A model generated the notes under the pieces. It made no database searches. It saw nothing but the letters and a program-made list of their open reading frames with translations, and was not told where the DNA came from. Position numbers and translations under genes: made by a program. 42,231 nt of DNA. Source: a virus. Lineage: Duplodnaviria; Caudoviricetes. The stretch lies in the IMG/VR virus record IMGVR_UViG_3300033067_002352, positions 1-42,231 of that record. One strand, 5' to 3'. Of the stretch, positions 26,716 through 36,338 are shown one piece after another. How positions within the stretch are numbered: position 1 is the stretch's first letter; each line of letters begins with the position of its first letter.

Positions 26716-28830
26716 ATGAAAAAAGCCCTTGAAAAGGGGCCAGCACAGCGGTTGAGTTTGAAGAATAAATATCTTCCACTCATAGCAATAGTTGGCCTTC
26801 TTTTAATTTCTTTTTGTGCGCATGCACAATTTTATGACAGTACCAAAATACTGCAAGATGTCAATTCCTATGGTTTTCGTTGGAAGAACGGCAAGTTTCG
26901 TGGCCCATTAATTTTGGGAAATGATACATCTAAATTGGCGCTAAAAGATAGCGGTGCAATTGCCTTTAGCCATGGTAAGTTTTGGGGTAATGATGGATAC
27001 GGTTGGACTAATTTTTTAAAGGAAGGGGATGTGCCTTCCGGATGGACACTATCTGGAAATTCAGGTACAACAGATGGAGTAAATTTTATCGGGACTACTG
27101 ATGGCGTTCCTTTAAATTTTCAAGTAAATAATTTTCGATCTGGCAGGATTGACCATGTAAATGCTAATGCATTTTTTGGTTACAGAGCTGGACAAAGCAC
27201 TTCGAGTTCCGGTAATATTGCTGTCGGTCATTTGTCTTTATTTAGCACAACAACAGGCGGCGGCAATGTTGCTGTTGGAAGTAATGCAATGCAAGATAAT
27301 ATAGGTGGGCAGAATAATACTGCTGTTGGTTATCAGTCTTTACAAAGTAATACATCTGCCAATTACAATACCGCAATCGGTTCGCATGTTTTGGTTACCA
27401 ACACAACAGGGAACGGTAATGCAGGTGTCGGATACGAGGCATTGCAATCTAATACAACAGGCGATCAAAACTCGGCATTAGGATATGGAGCTTTAAGCGG
27501 GAATACAGATGGTCAAAATAACGTTGCATTAGGTTATCAATCTATGATTGGTAATACATCAGGCGACGAGAATATAGCTATTGGTGTTGCAGCTTTAAAT
27601 ACAAATACAACTGGAACAGGGAATATTTCAATTGGAGCTAATTCAAATGTCCTAACAAATAACCTAACTAATGCGACTGCAATAGGTTATAGATCAGCTG
27701 TTAATCAAAGCAACTCTTTAGTACTTGGATCGATTAATGGCGTAAATTTTTCAACAAATGATACAAAGGTAGGTATAGGCACTACAACGCCTTCTGAAAA
27801 ACTGCACATTGCTAATGGTACTATAAGAATACAGGATGGAAACGAAGGGGCTGGAAAAATATTGCAATCAGATGCAAATGGCGTTGGCTCTTGGGTAGAT
27901 GCTCCTGCAACAATAACCGCTTCAAATGGCTTAACAAAAAACACCAATGATATTCAGTTGGGAGGATTAATTACTCATCCAACTACAATCAGCACTACCG
28001 ATTATCAATTAGCAATTGTGGATACCTCTGAATTTGGCAGCCATAAATTAACTTTTGATACTAATGGCAATATAATAGTATCGGGAAAAACAACCAGCAC
28101 AGATAGCGCCATGCTACGGGTGAGTACAGAGGATTCAGAAGCAATGCTGCAAGTGCATTACAATGGAGACGGAAAAACTAACCGAATGTTTGTAAACCCG
28201 TCAGGCGCAGTTATTGACGGCTATGATCCTGTTTCAGCAACCGGCGTTATGGTAACAATTTCTCCAACACTTGCCGAAGTACATGACACAAGAAGCGTAA
28301 CCAGTGGATTAGTTTATACATCAGATTATAGCGCTGGATTTACTACAAGGAGTTTGATTGATAAAGGTTATGCAGATAAGAAAGCAGCGAGTATATCTAC
28401 CAATACCTCTGATGTTGGCAATGTTGGCACCGGTGAAGATAATTTAATGACTTATTCAATACCGGCAGGGAAATTAGCCAATGATGGTGATTACTTAGAA
28501 TTTACAATGACGTTAATTTTCGCAGCAAATGTTAATGCAAAAGAAGTAAAACTCTATTATGGTGCAACCAATTTTTATGCAAGTACTGCTCAAATACAGA
28601 ATGGCGGAAGTATGGAAATTAAAGGTACAATCATTCGTACCGGAGCTACCTCACAGCGAATAACATTCTCCCAGGTTAATAACACAACGCTTTTTCCCGA
28701 TTATGCTGATTATACAACGGCATCGGAGACATTGGCAAATGCAATTACATTGAAAGCAACAGGCGAAGCCACAAGTAATAACGACATTGTCCAAAAAATT
28801 TTATTGGTAAAATATTTTCCGGGTAATTAA
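26716..28830 (+). CDS. Fibre/adhesin-like repeat protein with signal peptide
   Basis: AHA|Q signal; about 14-aa N.A.G..AL..NTTG repeats; VGIGTTTP. Confidence 0.75.
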   Translation: MKKALEKGPAQRLSLKNKYLPLIAIVGLLLISFCAHAQFYDSTKILQDVNSYGFRWKNGKFRGPLILGNDTSKLALKDSGAIAFSHGKFWGNDGYGWTNFLKEGDVPSGWTLSGNSGTTDGVNFIGTTDGVPLNFQVNNFRSGRIDHVNANAFFGYRAGQSTSSSGNIAVGHLSLFSTTTGGGNVAVGSNAMQDNIGGQNNTAVGYQSLQSNTSANYNTAIGSHVLVTNTTGNGNAGVGYEALQSNTTGDQNSALGYGALSGNTDGQNNVALGYQSMIGNTSGDENIAIGVAALNTNTTGTGNISIGANSNVLTNNLTNATAIGYRSAVNQSNSLVLGSINGVNFSTNDTKVGIGTTTPSEKLHIANGTIRIQDGNEGAGKILQSDANGVGSWVDAPATITASNGLTKNTNDIQLGGLITHPTTISTTDYQLAIVDTSEFGSHKLTFDTNGNIIVSGKTTSTDSAMLRVSTEDSEAMLQVHYNGDGKTNRMFVNPSGAVIDGYDPVSATGVMVTISPTLAEVHDTRSVTSGLVYTSDYSAGFTTRSLIDKGYADKKAASISTNTSDVGNVGTGEDNLMTYSIPAGKLANDGDYLEFTMTLIFAANVNAKEVKLYYGATNFYASTAQIQNGGSMEIKGTIIRTGATSQRITFSQVNNTTLFPDYADYTTASETLANAITLKATGEATSNNDIVQKILLVKYFPGN

Positions 28831-28841
28831 ACTTTAACAAC

Positions 28842-29753
28842 ATGAAAAAAATAATATTCCTATTTACATTAATAATCTCGATCAGTAGTTACGCACAACT
28901 TCGATCAACGGCGCCAGTTTATACCGCCTCAATACAAACGCTTACAAACAAATCAATTGATGCTGATGCAAATACATTGACAAATATTGAGAATGCGGAT
29001 ATTAAAGCGGCTGCGGCTATTGATGCCACTAAATTAATTGACGGCTCAATTTCAAATACAGAGCTTGGGTATATTAATACACTAAGCTCGAATGCTCAAA
29101 CACAGCTTACTAATCGTGTAAAAAAGGGAGGGGATACTGATGGATCTGATTTAACAATTGGAACGCTTGACGCAAACAATTTGGTTTTTACCACAAACTC
29201 GAATCCGCTTTGGAAAATAAACTCCAGCGGTTATTTATCAAGAGGTTTAGCTACCTCAAATTTCGGATTACAATTAGGTAGCACCGGGGCTGGATCAGTC
29301 ATGACATTTGGAGACGTATTTGACGCATCCACACCATATATAGCACTTCGTGAACACGGAGGCACCGATGTTGACCAATTAGAAGCTTATGCCCAAAAAG
29401 GTATATACTTTGTTACAAATACCTATGGATCAACGGCAAGGCTTACCATTCAACAGGATGGCGATATTATTTACGGCGGTGAAACACAAGTAACTGGTGC
29501 AGAGCATACATTTATTGGAGATGCGGATATAAGCGGCAATTTAAACGTGCAAGGTAATAGCACAGTGGGATCGTATTTAAAATACAAAACTGCTTCCACA
29601 CCATCTACGCCGGCAAATGGAACAGAATTTAATCTTTACTACAAGGCTAATAAATTCATCATTCAGTATAACGACGGAGGTACTACAAGATATAAGTATT
29701 TAGACTTAACCGGCACAGGTGTTACCTGGGTACACACAACAACTGCGCCTTAA
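28842..29753 (+). CDS. Fibre-like protein with signal peptide
   Basis: MKKIIFLFTLIISISSYA|Q; QTLTNKSID motif; Gly/Thr-rich. Confidence 0.7.
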   Translation: MKKIIFLFTLIISISSYAQLRSTAPVYTASIQTLTNKSIDADANTLTNIENADIKAAAAIDATKLIDGSISNTELGYINTLSSNAQTQLTNRVKKGGDTDGSDLTIGTLDANNLVFTTNSNPLWKINSSGYLSRGLATSNFGLQLGSTGAGSVMTFGDVFDASTPYIALREHGGTDVDQLEAYAQKGIYFVTNTYGSTARLTIQQDGDIIYGGETQVTGAEHTFIGDADISGNLNVQGNSTVGSYLKYKTASTPSTPANGTEFNLYYKANKFIIQYNDGGTTRYKYLDLTGTGVTWVHTTTAP

Positions 29754-29780
29754 TTTTTTAAATTAAAACCACAAAAAAAT

Positions 29781-30170
29781 ATGTTATTAAAATTCAAAAA
29801 CAAACACATCTGCTGGTGCATGGAGCCGGTATGGAGTGATGTCGCTTTCGATTATAAATTCAAATCGCATATCAACGATCTATTAATCAACAATTCGGAT
29901 TACGATTTTGAGCAAGATGTAACTGTTTCGACGGAGGTGTTGGTGGAGATTTACAAAGCGGTGAGCAAGCAACCGGAAGGCGTGGCTGCGGCCATAAATA
30001 AAGAGATCAAAGAATTATTGTTGCCACAGCTATTGTTATTGTCCAATAATGACGATAACAATCCGAATGAGGCTTATAGCGCACTTAAAGAGATCGCTGC
30101 TTCTGATGCCGAAGACTTGGCGGCCCGTGAATCGGTTATTGAAAAATCAAAAAATAACATTTTAAAATAA
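29781..30170 (+). CDS. Hypothetical protein
   Basis: 129 aa. Confidence 0.75.
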   Translation: MLLKFKNKHICWCMEPVWSDVAFDYKFKSHINDLLINNSDYDFEQDVTVSTEVLVEIYKAVSKQPEGVAAAINKEIKELLLPQLLLLSNNDDNNPNEAYSALKEIAASDAEDLAARESVIEKSKNNILK

Positions 30171-30175
30171 AAAGC

Positions 30176-30397
30176 ATGAAAAATTTTTTTGAAAACAATG
30201 TATTAAAGAGCTGGAAAACAACGATGACTGGCTTGGTAATGGGTCTATTAACATTTATGTATCATATAGGCAGCATTTCTGAACATGATGTAGTATTGAT
30301 TGCAAGTTTATTAACTACATTTGGCTTTATAGCCAGTAAGGATGGCAATGTAAGTAACACAACGCCGCCCGCAGATGGGAGGCCCCCAAAAAAATAA
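30176..30397 (+). CDS. Holin-like protein
   Basis: 73 aa, SWKTT..G, two hydrophobic segments, lysis region. Confidence 0.6.
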   Translation: MKNFFENNVLKSWKTTMTGLVMGLLTFMYHIGSISEHDVVLIASLLTTFGFIASKDGNVSNTTPPADGRPPKK

Positions 30398-30402
30398 AGC
30401 TT

Positions 30403-30777
30403 ATGGTATCTGTATCCAAACTATTGCTGCTGCTGTCCTTTGGCTTAATGGAGCTGCACCTTTTATTTAGAGGGTATGATGAAAAGGTAAACATGTTTGT
30501 CAGCTCAACAGCTAAAGACACCCAGCAAACAATTGGCTGGTATGTTTATGATAATGCACAAATGCTGTGCTGGATATTGGTTTTGCTTGCCATTTTGCTT
30601 GCAAAAGATAAGCACGGCATTAGAAAAATAATTATCATTCACATAACTTATAGGATATTCGATATTGCAATGTATTGGTGGGATTTTAGACAGAGTAACA
30701 CGGCTTATATTATAGCTTATTCAATAATTACAACAGTCATACTATTAGATGTTAAGAAATGGAAATGGCAACTTTAG
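30403..30777 (+). CDS. Multi-pass membrane protein
   Basis: 3-4 hydrophobic segments. Confidence 0.7.
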   Translation: MVSVSKLLLLLSFGLMELHLLFRGYDEKVNMFVSSTAKDTQQTIGWYVYDNAQMLCWILVLLAILLAKDKHGIRKIIIIHITYRIFDIAMYWWDFRQSNTAYIIAYSIITTVILLDVKKWKWQL

Positions 30778-31040
30778 CAATATCAATAGCCCCTTTTGCA
30801 ATCACCTTTTTTGTGTGGGTGGTAACAAAGCTATTCAATCATGAGAGAAAAATATTTAGCTTAAACGAAGATATGGGCAAGCTACATGAATTAAAGATTG
30901 GCGAAACGCTCTCAGATCATGAATTGCGAATAACTATTCAGGAAGAACATAAAAAAATTATTACCGAGAAATTAGATAAGATTATTGAAAGCAACGCCAA
31001 TATCGTTGGTTTGTTGGCATCAAAAAAAGATAAAGAATGA
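30759..31040 (+). CDS. TM plus coiled-coil protein (holin/hemolysin-like)
   Basis: N-terminal TM, charged helix. Confidence 0.55.
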   Translation: MEMATLAISIAPFAITFFVWVVTKLFNHERKIFSLNEDMGKLHELKIGETLSDHELRITIQEEHKKIITEKLDKIIESNANIVGLLASKKDKE

Positions 31041-31147
31041 TAGATAAAACAAAACGCCCTCCGATCGAAAAACGCTGGTGGTTTGAGCCAGCAGTGGAGT
31101 TTGTAAAAAAATTAGTACTGGCAATTTTAAACAAAAAGAAAAAATGA
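31037..31147 (+). CDS. 36 aa cationic amphipathic peptide
   Basis: MIDKTKRPPIEKRWWFEPAVEFVKKLVLAILNKKKK*; ATGA overlaps at both ends. Confidence 0.6.
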   Translation: MIDKTKRPPIEKRWWFEPAVEFVKKLVLAILNKKKK

Positions 31148-31647
31148 AACCAAAAGAATTTGTAAAAAACTACTACCCGTTTGCTAAAGAATCGGAAGTT
31201 AAAACTGGTATTAGCGCAATAGCAATATTAGCACAGGCGGCTTTAGAGAGTGGCTGGGGCAAGGCGGCGCCGGGCAATATGTTCTTTGGAATTAAAGATA
31301 CGGACGGTATTAATGGAAATGAACAGTTGCTTACAACAACAGAGTATAGCCGGTCGGCTAACTTAAAATTTCCGGTTATTCTTAGCGTTACACCGGTTAT
31401 TCGCAATGGTCAAAAGTGGTTTAAGTACCGGGTAAAAGATTATTTCCGAAAATATGCCACGCCGGAAGAATGCTTTACCGATCATGGTAATTTTTTTGTC
31501 AAGAATAAGCGTTATAAAAAGGCTCTTGAAGTAAAAAATGATCCATATAAGTTTATCGATGAAGTAGCAAAAGCCGGTTATGCTACTGCTCCCGATTACG
31601 CCAGTGTATTAAAGGGTATTGCTAAAATTATTGAACAGAATATTTAA
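31144..31647 (+). CDS. Endolysin, GH73 glucosaminidase/FlgJ-like
   Basis: AQAALESGWG, NMFFGIK, AGYATAPDY. Confidence 0.9.
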   Translation: MKPKEFVKNYYPFAKESEVKTGISAIAILAQAALESGWGKAAPGNMFFGIKDTDGINGNEQLLTTTEYSRSANLKFPVILSVTPVIRNGQKWFKYRVKDYFRKYATPEECFTDHGNFFVKNKRYKKALEVKNDPYKFIDEVAKAGYATAPDYASVLKGIAKIIEQNI

Positions 31648-31681
31648 AACAACTTTCTCATACGCATCTTTATTTTGGATT

Positions 31682-31704
31682 ACCCCCGTCTCTACGGGGG
31701 TTTT
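31682..31704 (+). terminator. Intrinsic terminator ending the late operon
   Basis: ACCCCCGT-CTCT-ACGGGGGT-TTT. Confidence 0.8.
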
Positions 31705-31883
31705 GATATAATCGATTAGATGTTTTTAAAATAAGAGAATGATTGAGTTAAAAAAAATTAATTAAAAGGCCATTATTTTAGATAATTAATAATGAAAAGA
31801 ATTACAGTAAAATTACTATTTTTTTAGAGTACTTTTGCTATATTGGATTTAGAAAACCAATAATAAATTTGTAAAAATATTTA

Positions 31884-32264
31884 TTGTCAATGAATAACCT
31901 TGAAACAAATATAGAAATTTTTAGACGTGGCAATAAAATAGAGGCAATATCTGTTCTTATGCCAATTTGGAATAAATTATCTGATCATGGTAATTTGATC
32001 ATTAATTTACCTCTTTTAGGTATTGAAACAATTGCTAAAGATGAGAACGACGCGGACAAGGCTATTGAAGAAGCAATAATATCTTTTTGTATTGTTGCAG
32101 AAAAATTTGGGCAGGGTATAGAAAAGGAGCTGATTAGTCTGGGATGGTCCTTTGAGGAAAAGTCTAATTCCTTAGTTTATGTTTCCGAAAACAATTCAGT
32201 TGTCGAACAAATTCTTAAAACCGGAGATAATTATATAAAGTCCCATTTAGAAATCGCTGCATAA
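31884..32264 (+). CDS. HicB-like antitoxin (putative)
   Basis: INLPLLGIETIAKDENDADKAIEEAI resembles the HicB N-terminal fold; TAnnTTTG boxes upstream. Confidence 0.5.
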   Translation: MSMNNLETNIEIFRRGNKIEAISVLMPIWNKLSDHGNLIINLPLLGIETIAKDENDADKAIEEAIISFCIVAEKFGQGIEKELISLGWSFEEKSNSLVYVSENNSVVEQILKTGDNYIKSHLEIAA

Positions 32265-32266
32265 GT

Positions 32267-32575
32267 ATGAACGACCCTTATTATCCGACCGTTGATATTG
32301 AGTTTCTGATTGAGCAAGTAAAATTAAGTGGAAAGCTTACAAAGGATGGCATCTTAAAGATAGGTAGCACAACAACATTTATATTAGAAGGAATGCAACC
32401 ATCACATAGGAGGAGTATTTCAGTCAGGGAATTAGAGCCAGGTGAAATTTGCTTAGAGCAAGCAAGTTCGCTTGCAATTAGGTTTGCTTTTTTGGGCAAT
32501 TTTTTGGATTGGCTATATAAAAATAAAAATTGGAAAGAAGGTGGTTATATAGTACCTAAAACTGAGTCAATTTAA
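32267..32575 (+). CDS. Hypothetical protein, possible toxin partner
   Basis: 102 aa, 2 bp downstream of the HicB-like gene. Confidence 0.55.
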   Translation: MNDPYYPTVDIEFLIEQVKLSGKLTKDGILKIGSTTTFILEGMQPSHRRSISVRELEPGEICLEQASSLAIRFAFLGNFLDWLYKNKNWKEGGYIVPKTESI

Positions 32576-32652
32576 GCATTTTTTGATTAAAGAAATAATG
32601 CAATTACAGCAACAATTAACGCAGCATAACAATTGATTTTTGTAGCCAATTT

Positions 32653-32832
32653 TGCACCCATAATCCGAATACGCCTATTCAATATAATATTTATTGATCC
32701 CAGCGGGATCACAAATAGATTGATGAATAAAGGGAAATCCGCTACAATAGCGGATTTTTTATTTACCTTTGTTGCATATTGTTGATAATTGTTGATATAA
32801 ATTGCACCCAAAAATTGCACCCAATGCACCCA
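32653..32832. other. attP: core plus integrase arm-type repeats
   Basis: TGCACCCA at 32653, 32803, 32816, 32825 flanking the core ATCCCAGCGGGATCAC (32697-32712), which resembles a tRNA 3' end. Confidence 0.75.
32735..32760 (+). terminator. Intrinsic terminator downstream of attP core
   Basis: AAATCCGCTA-CAA-TAGCGGATTT-TTT. Confidence 0.75.
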
Positions 32833-32834
32833 AT

Positions 32835-33941
32835 ATGGCAACACTAAAATTTGAACTCAGAAATCGCCCCGACAAAAAAGGGTTCTGCCCGATAAGAGTA
32901 GTTATTCAAGACAAGGGGAAGCGCGTTTTTGTTCCGCTTCCAATAAAGTTGCATCCTAAATTTTGGGATAAAAAAACACAAAGAGTAACTGCCGAACACT
33001 CTCAGGCAACGGTCATAAATAGTGCGCTAAAATTACGCCTTGCCGAATTGCAATCACAGATGATCAGCGATGAATTAAAGGGGTGTATTGATCTGAATAA
33101 ATTAGCTGGAAAGAATATTGGGAAAGATAGCTTTAATTTTTTTGCTTTGCAATGTTTAAGTCGATGGGAAAAAAGTAAAGCGGCAAGCACTTTGCGGGCC
33201 TATACTTCGCAGCTTAAAAATGTAAATACTTTTGACCGAAATTCTACACTCCAATCTATTACACCGGATTGGCTGGTAAGGTATGAGGCGCATTCACGAA
33301 CTGCGTGTAAGAAAACTAACGGCTTAAAGCGGTTAAAATTTGTTTCCGTAATTATCCATGAAGCATTGAGGCAGGGGTTGATCGAAAAGAATCCTTTCTT
33401 GATTTACAAAAAACCAAAGTGGGGAAATCCGAAAAAAGAGTGGTTAACGATTGAAGAAATGGCCTTATTGGAAAAATATTATAGCCATACAGGCATAGCC
33501 TCATTTAAACATACAATTGCCTGGTATCTATTTTCGTGCTACACAGGTCTTAGGTATAGTGATGCTGCACAATTTAACTCTGAGAAAAATGTAAAAAATG
33601 GGAGGATAATTTTGTACACCCAAAAAACAGGAGATGTTGTCAGTATAAAAATTACACAGAAATTAAAAAGGTGGCTAAAAGTTATTGAAAAAGCACCGCT
33701 ATATAGCAATCCAAAAATAAATGCTTATTTGAAAACAATTGCCAGTTTAGCTGGCCTTAATAAGTCTCTTTCATTTCACACAGCAAGGCATACATTCGCT
33801 GTTAATTGTGCGGCGCTTGGAATAAGTCAGGAAGTTACCGGCAAATTATTGGGGCATAGTGATTTGAGAACAACAGGAATTTATTATAAAATAGTGAACA
33901 CACGGATTGACAAAGAAATGGAGAAGTGGGATAAAAAATAA
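32835..33941 (+). CDS. int: Tyrosine recombinase (phage integrase)
   Basis: N-terminal arm-binding-type domain; TGLRYSD, HTARHTF, LGHSD, TTGIY; ATG 32835. Confidence 0.95.
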   Translation: MATLKFELRNRPDKKGFCPIRVVIQDKGKRVFVPLPIKLHPKFWDKKTQRVTAEHSQATVINSALKLRLAELQSQMISDELKGCIDLNKLAGKNIGKDSFNFFALQCLSRWEKSKAASTLRAYTSQLKNVNTFDRNSTLQSITPDWLVRYEAHSRTACKKTNGLKRLKFVSVIIHEALRQGLIEKNPFLIYKKPKWGNPKKEWLTIEEMALLEKYYSHTGIASFKHTIAWYLFSCYTGLRYSDAAQFNSEKNVKNGRIILYTQKTGDVVSIKITQKLKRWLKVIEKAPLYSNPKINAYLKTIASLAGLNKSLSFHTARHTFAVNCAALGISQEVTGKLLGHSDLRTTGIYYKIVNTRIDKEMEKWDKK

Positions 33942-34016
33942 ACAGTGTTCGTATTTTCACATTTTCCTTAACCATGTAATTGCCAGCCTTTTAGGTGGTG
34001 GCATGGTGGAGCCGGA

Positions 34017-34592
34017 TTACTTTTCAGCCTCCTTAATCAGTTCAACTAATTTATCTTGATCTACACCATTTTTTTCGTTAAATAACATCAATTCCTTTTT
34101 AATAACCTCTGAAAATCTTTCCTTAACAGCTTTTTCAAGGTACCCGCCTGTGGTATATATTCTTATTTTTTCAATTTCGCTACCTTTTAGCAATTCTATA
34201 TCTTTTGAATCTAAATTAAAATTAACCTTAACTCCGAAAGCATCACTCCCGGCCATGCCTTTTGATCCGCAACCTCTACATGAAATTGTAGATTCATTAG
34301 CAAACAAAGTAACAATTGAATCATTTTTTAACTTAAAAAATAAATTATCATCTTTTAATATAGAAAAAATACCATTGTTCCACATCTTAAAGTTCAGATA
34401 GAATGTAGAATTTATTTTTGAAATCCTTACATAAGATGCAAAATTTCCATTGAAAGATGGATTAGTTAATGTTTCCCAGGAAGTTCTCTTAATTGAGTTT
34501 TTTGTGAATTCGTCTATTTTGTCCTCCTCTATGGTTTGGGCTAAAATAAAATTTGTAGTTAGCAATAATAAAATTGTGAAAGTTGTTTTCAT
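34017..34592 (-). CDS. Secreted protein
   Basis: Signal peptide ...FILA|Q; EEDKIDEFT. Confidence 0.8.
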   Translation of the reverse strand: MKTTFTILLLLTTNFILAQTIEEDKIDEFTKNSIKRTSWETLTNPSFNGNFASYVRISKINSTFYLNFKMWNNGIFSILKDDNLFFKLKNDSIVTLFANESTISCRGCGSKGMAGSDAFGVKVNFNLDSKDIELLKGSEIEKIRIYTTGGYLEKAVKERFSEVIKKELMLFNEKNGVDQDKLVELIKEAEK

Positions 34593-34619
34593 TAATGAAT
34601 ATTTATAATTTAAGCAAAA

Positions 34620-35168
34620 TTAAAAAGATAGCGATTTCTCTATTGCTTCAATTAAGCTATCTATTTCTTTACCTTTCAAAATAATATTTGAACCTGCCAT
34701 ACTTGCCCGAGAATATTTATATACTTGCGATAATCCAAAACTCCATCCTTTCATAAAACTTTCTGTACTATATGACGCTGTAGCAGTAACCCCATTAATA
34801 GTACTGTAAGAAAACGTTGTTAAATTCGATGGCTTTTCATTATTGATTTGTTGATTTAAATATTTAAGGGCTTTGATGAACTCAGGTAACTCATCAAAGT
34901 CAATATACAATGAACCAGAACTAATAGGCGATAAAAGAAATGACTTATTTTGAGATAAATATAAAGCCTTTACGATGTTTCCTTTTTCAACATCTGTAGA
35001 GGTTATAAGTGTTATTTTGGTATCTTTTACTTTATCAACGTCTTGCCAGGTTGTTTTAATCATTTGACCACTTTTGCTTACAAAATTTTCATATTTACTT
35101 CTAATAGTTGAATCTTGGGCTTTTAATAAGGTAGGCAATAAAACAAGAATTGCAATGATTATTTTCAT
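34620..35168 (-). CDS. Secreted protein
   Basis: Signal peptide ...LLKA|Q. Confidence 0.8.
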   Translation of the reverse strand: MKIIIAILVLLPTLLKAQDSTIRSKYENFVSKSGQMIKTTWQDVDKVKDTKITLITSTDVEKGNIVKALYLSQNKSFLLSPISSGSLYIDFDELPEFIKALKYLNQQINNEKPSNLTTFSYSTINGVTATASYSTESFMKGWSFGLSQVYKYSRASMAGSNIILKGKEIDSLIEAIEKSLSF

Positions 35169-35846
35169 TTGATTAGTATTAATTAGGTTATCGTAAAACT
35201 CCTTAGTAGAATTTCATACGGGTTTCAAATATAGGATTTACATTTGTAATGATAAAAAAATAATTGCGTTTATATATAAGGGTTAAGAAAACTGGTAATT
35301 TTTAACAAGCCTGTAAAATATAATCGTTCACGTCATGGCGTGGGCTTTATATTCGGGCTTGTGGGTATACCAGTACCTCTTAACCAGTATAATTGTCCTG
35401 CGCCATTTTTTATGCCCTAATGTAAAGCTTTTTTATGACGTGCCGGCCCATATTAATTTTAGTAAATATACTGTACCTAAAATTGGGTAAAACTTCGCAT
35501 AACCGTCTGATTTATAATGAATATTTTTGTAAACTTTTTGTAATAAAAAGATTTGCGCTTACGTTTTGGGAGCTTGTAAAATTTGTAATACACTCCATCC
35601 CGGAGTGTAAGCGTAACGCCTTTGGCGTAGAAATTAGTTGTATGTCGGGTAAAGGTATTGCAAGTACCTCTGAGTCGATAATTGCTATTTTTCTGCGCCT
35701 TTTTTTTATTAACTAAAGGCTAATATTATTAGTAAAAAACTAAATTATTTGGTAAAAAATGAAAGTATTAAAAAGTAAATCTATGAAAAGTAAAACATCA
35801 AAATCTAAAGTGAAGAAAGGGAAGCAAAAAACTACAAAAAACAACA

Positions 35847-36197
35847 TTAATCAAGCCGCTTCATCTCATCTTCAGCGGCTTTATATATCTTCCGAATTAT
35901 GCTCTGTACAGGCTCTCCAGTCCTATCAGACTTTAATGCTGCAACCTCGGTAGCCAATATAGACAGAAGGGCATCATAGACCTGCGCTTTATCGGATAAT
36001 GAAACTTTGGGCTTAGCCTTATCTAATATACCGGAAAACTCACTAAGTAAAGCTGCTAATAGTTTACCTTCCACGCCTTTATTCATCGCCTTTGATAAGT
36101 ACGTGGGGGCATAACCTATCTTTTTAGCAATTTCTTCAAGGGTTAAATTTTGCTTGTATTGAATTTCGTAAATGATTTCTTTTAATTTATTAGACAA
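35847..36197 (-). CDS. XRE-family HTH repressor (CI-like)
   Basis: LTLEEIAKKIGYAPTYLSKAM; divergent from the Cro-like gene. Confidence 0.8.
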   Translation of the reverse strand: MSNKLKEIIYEIQYKQNLTLEEIAKKIGYAPTYLSKAMNKGVEGKLLAALLSEFSGILDKAKPKVSLSDKAQVYDALLSILATEVAALKSDRTGEPVQSIIRKIYKAAEDEMKRLD

Positions 36198-36242
36198 GTT
36201 TCAACAATTTCTATTTTTATAAAATAATTTATAAAAGTTAAA

Positions 36243-36291
36243 TAAATTTGAACTTTTATGTTGTTTTATGATCTTTTATGACATATATTTG
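36243..36291 (+). promoter_or_regulatory. Early promoter with phased operator-like repeats
   Basis: TATATTTG 36284-36291; TTTTATG at 36254, 36264, 36274. Confidence 0.6.
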
Positions 36292-36338
36292 TACTGTCAA
36301 CACAATTATTGACAAATCAGTACCAAAAATAGGAAATT

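Noticed and set aside
25291-29753. Diversity-generating retroelement or invertase-based fibre switching
   Set aside because: No reverse transcriptase, TR/VR pair or invertase seen
32835-33941. Integrase as the cassette recombinase (IntI)
   Set aside because: It has an arm-binding-type N-terminus, its own attP, no evident IntI-specific insertion and lies far from the array; involvement is not excluded experimentally
35435-35953. ORFs 35435..35716 and 35759..35953 as genes
   Set aside because: No motifs, antisense to the immunity operon, low complexity; the second overlaps the repressor
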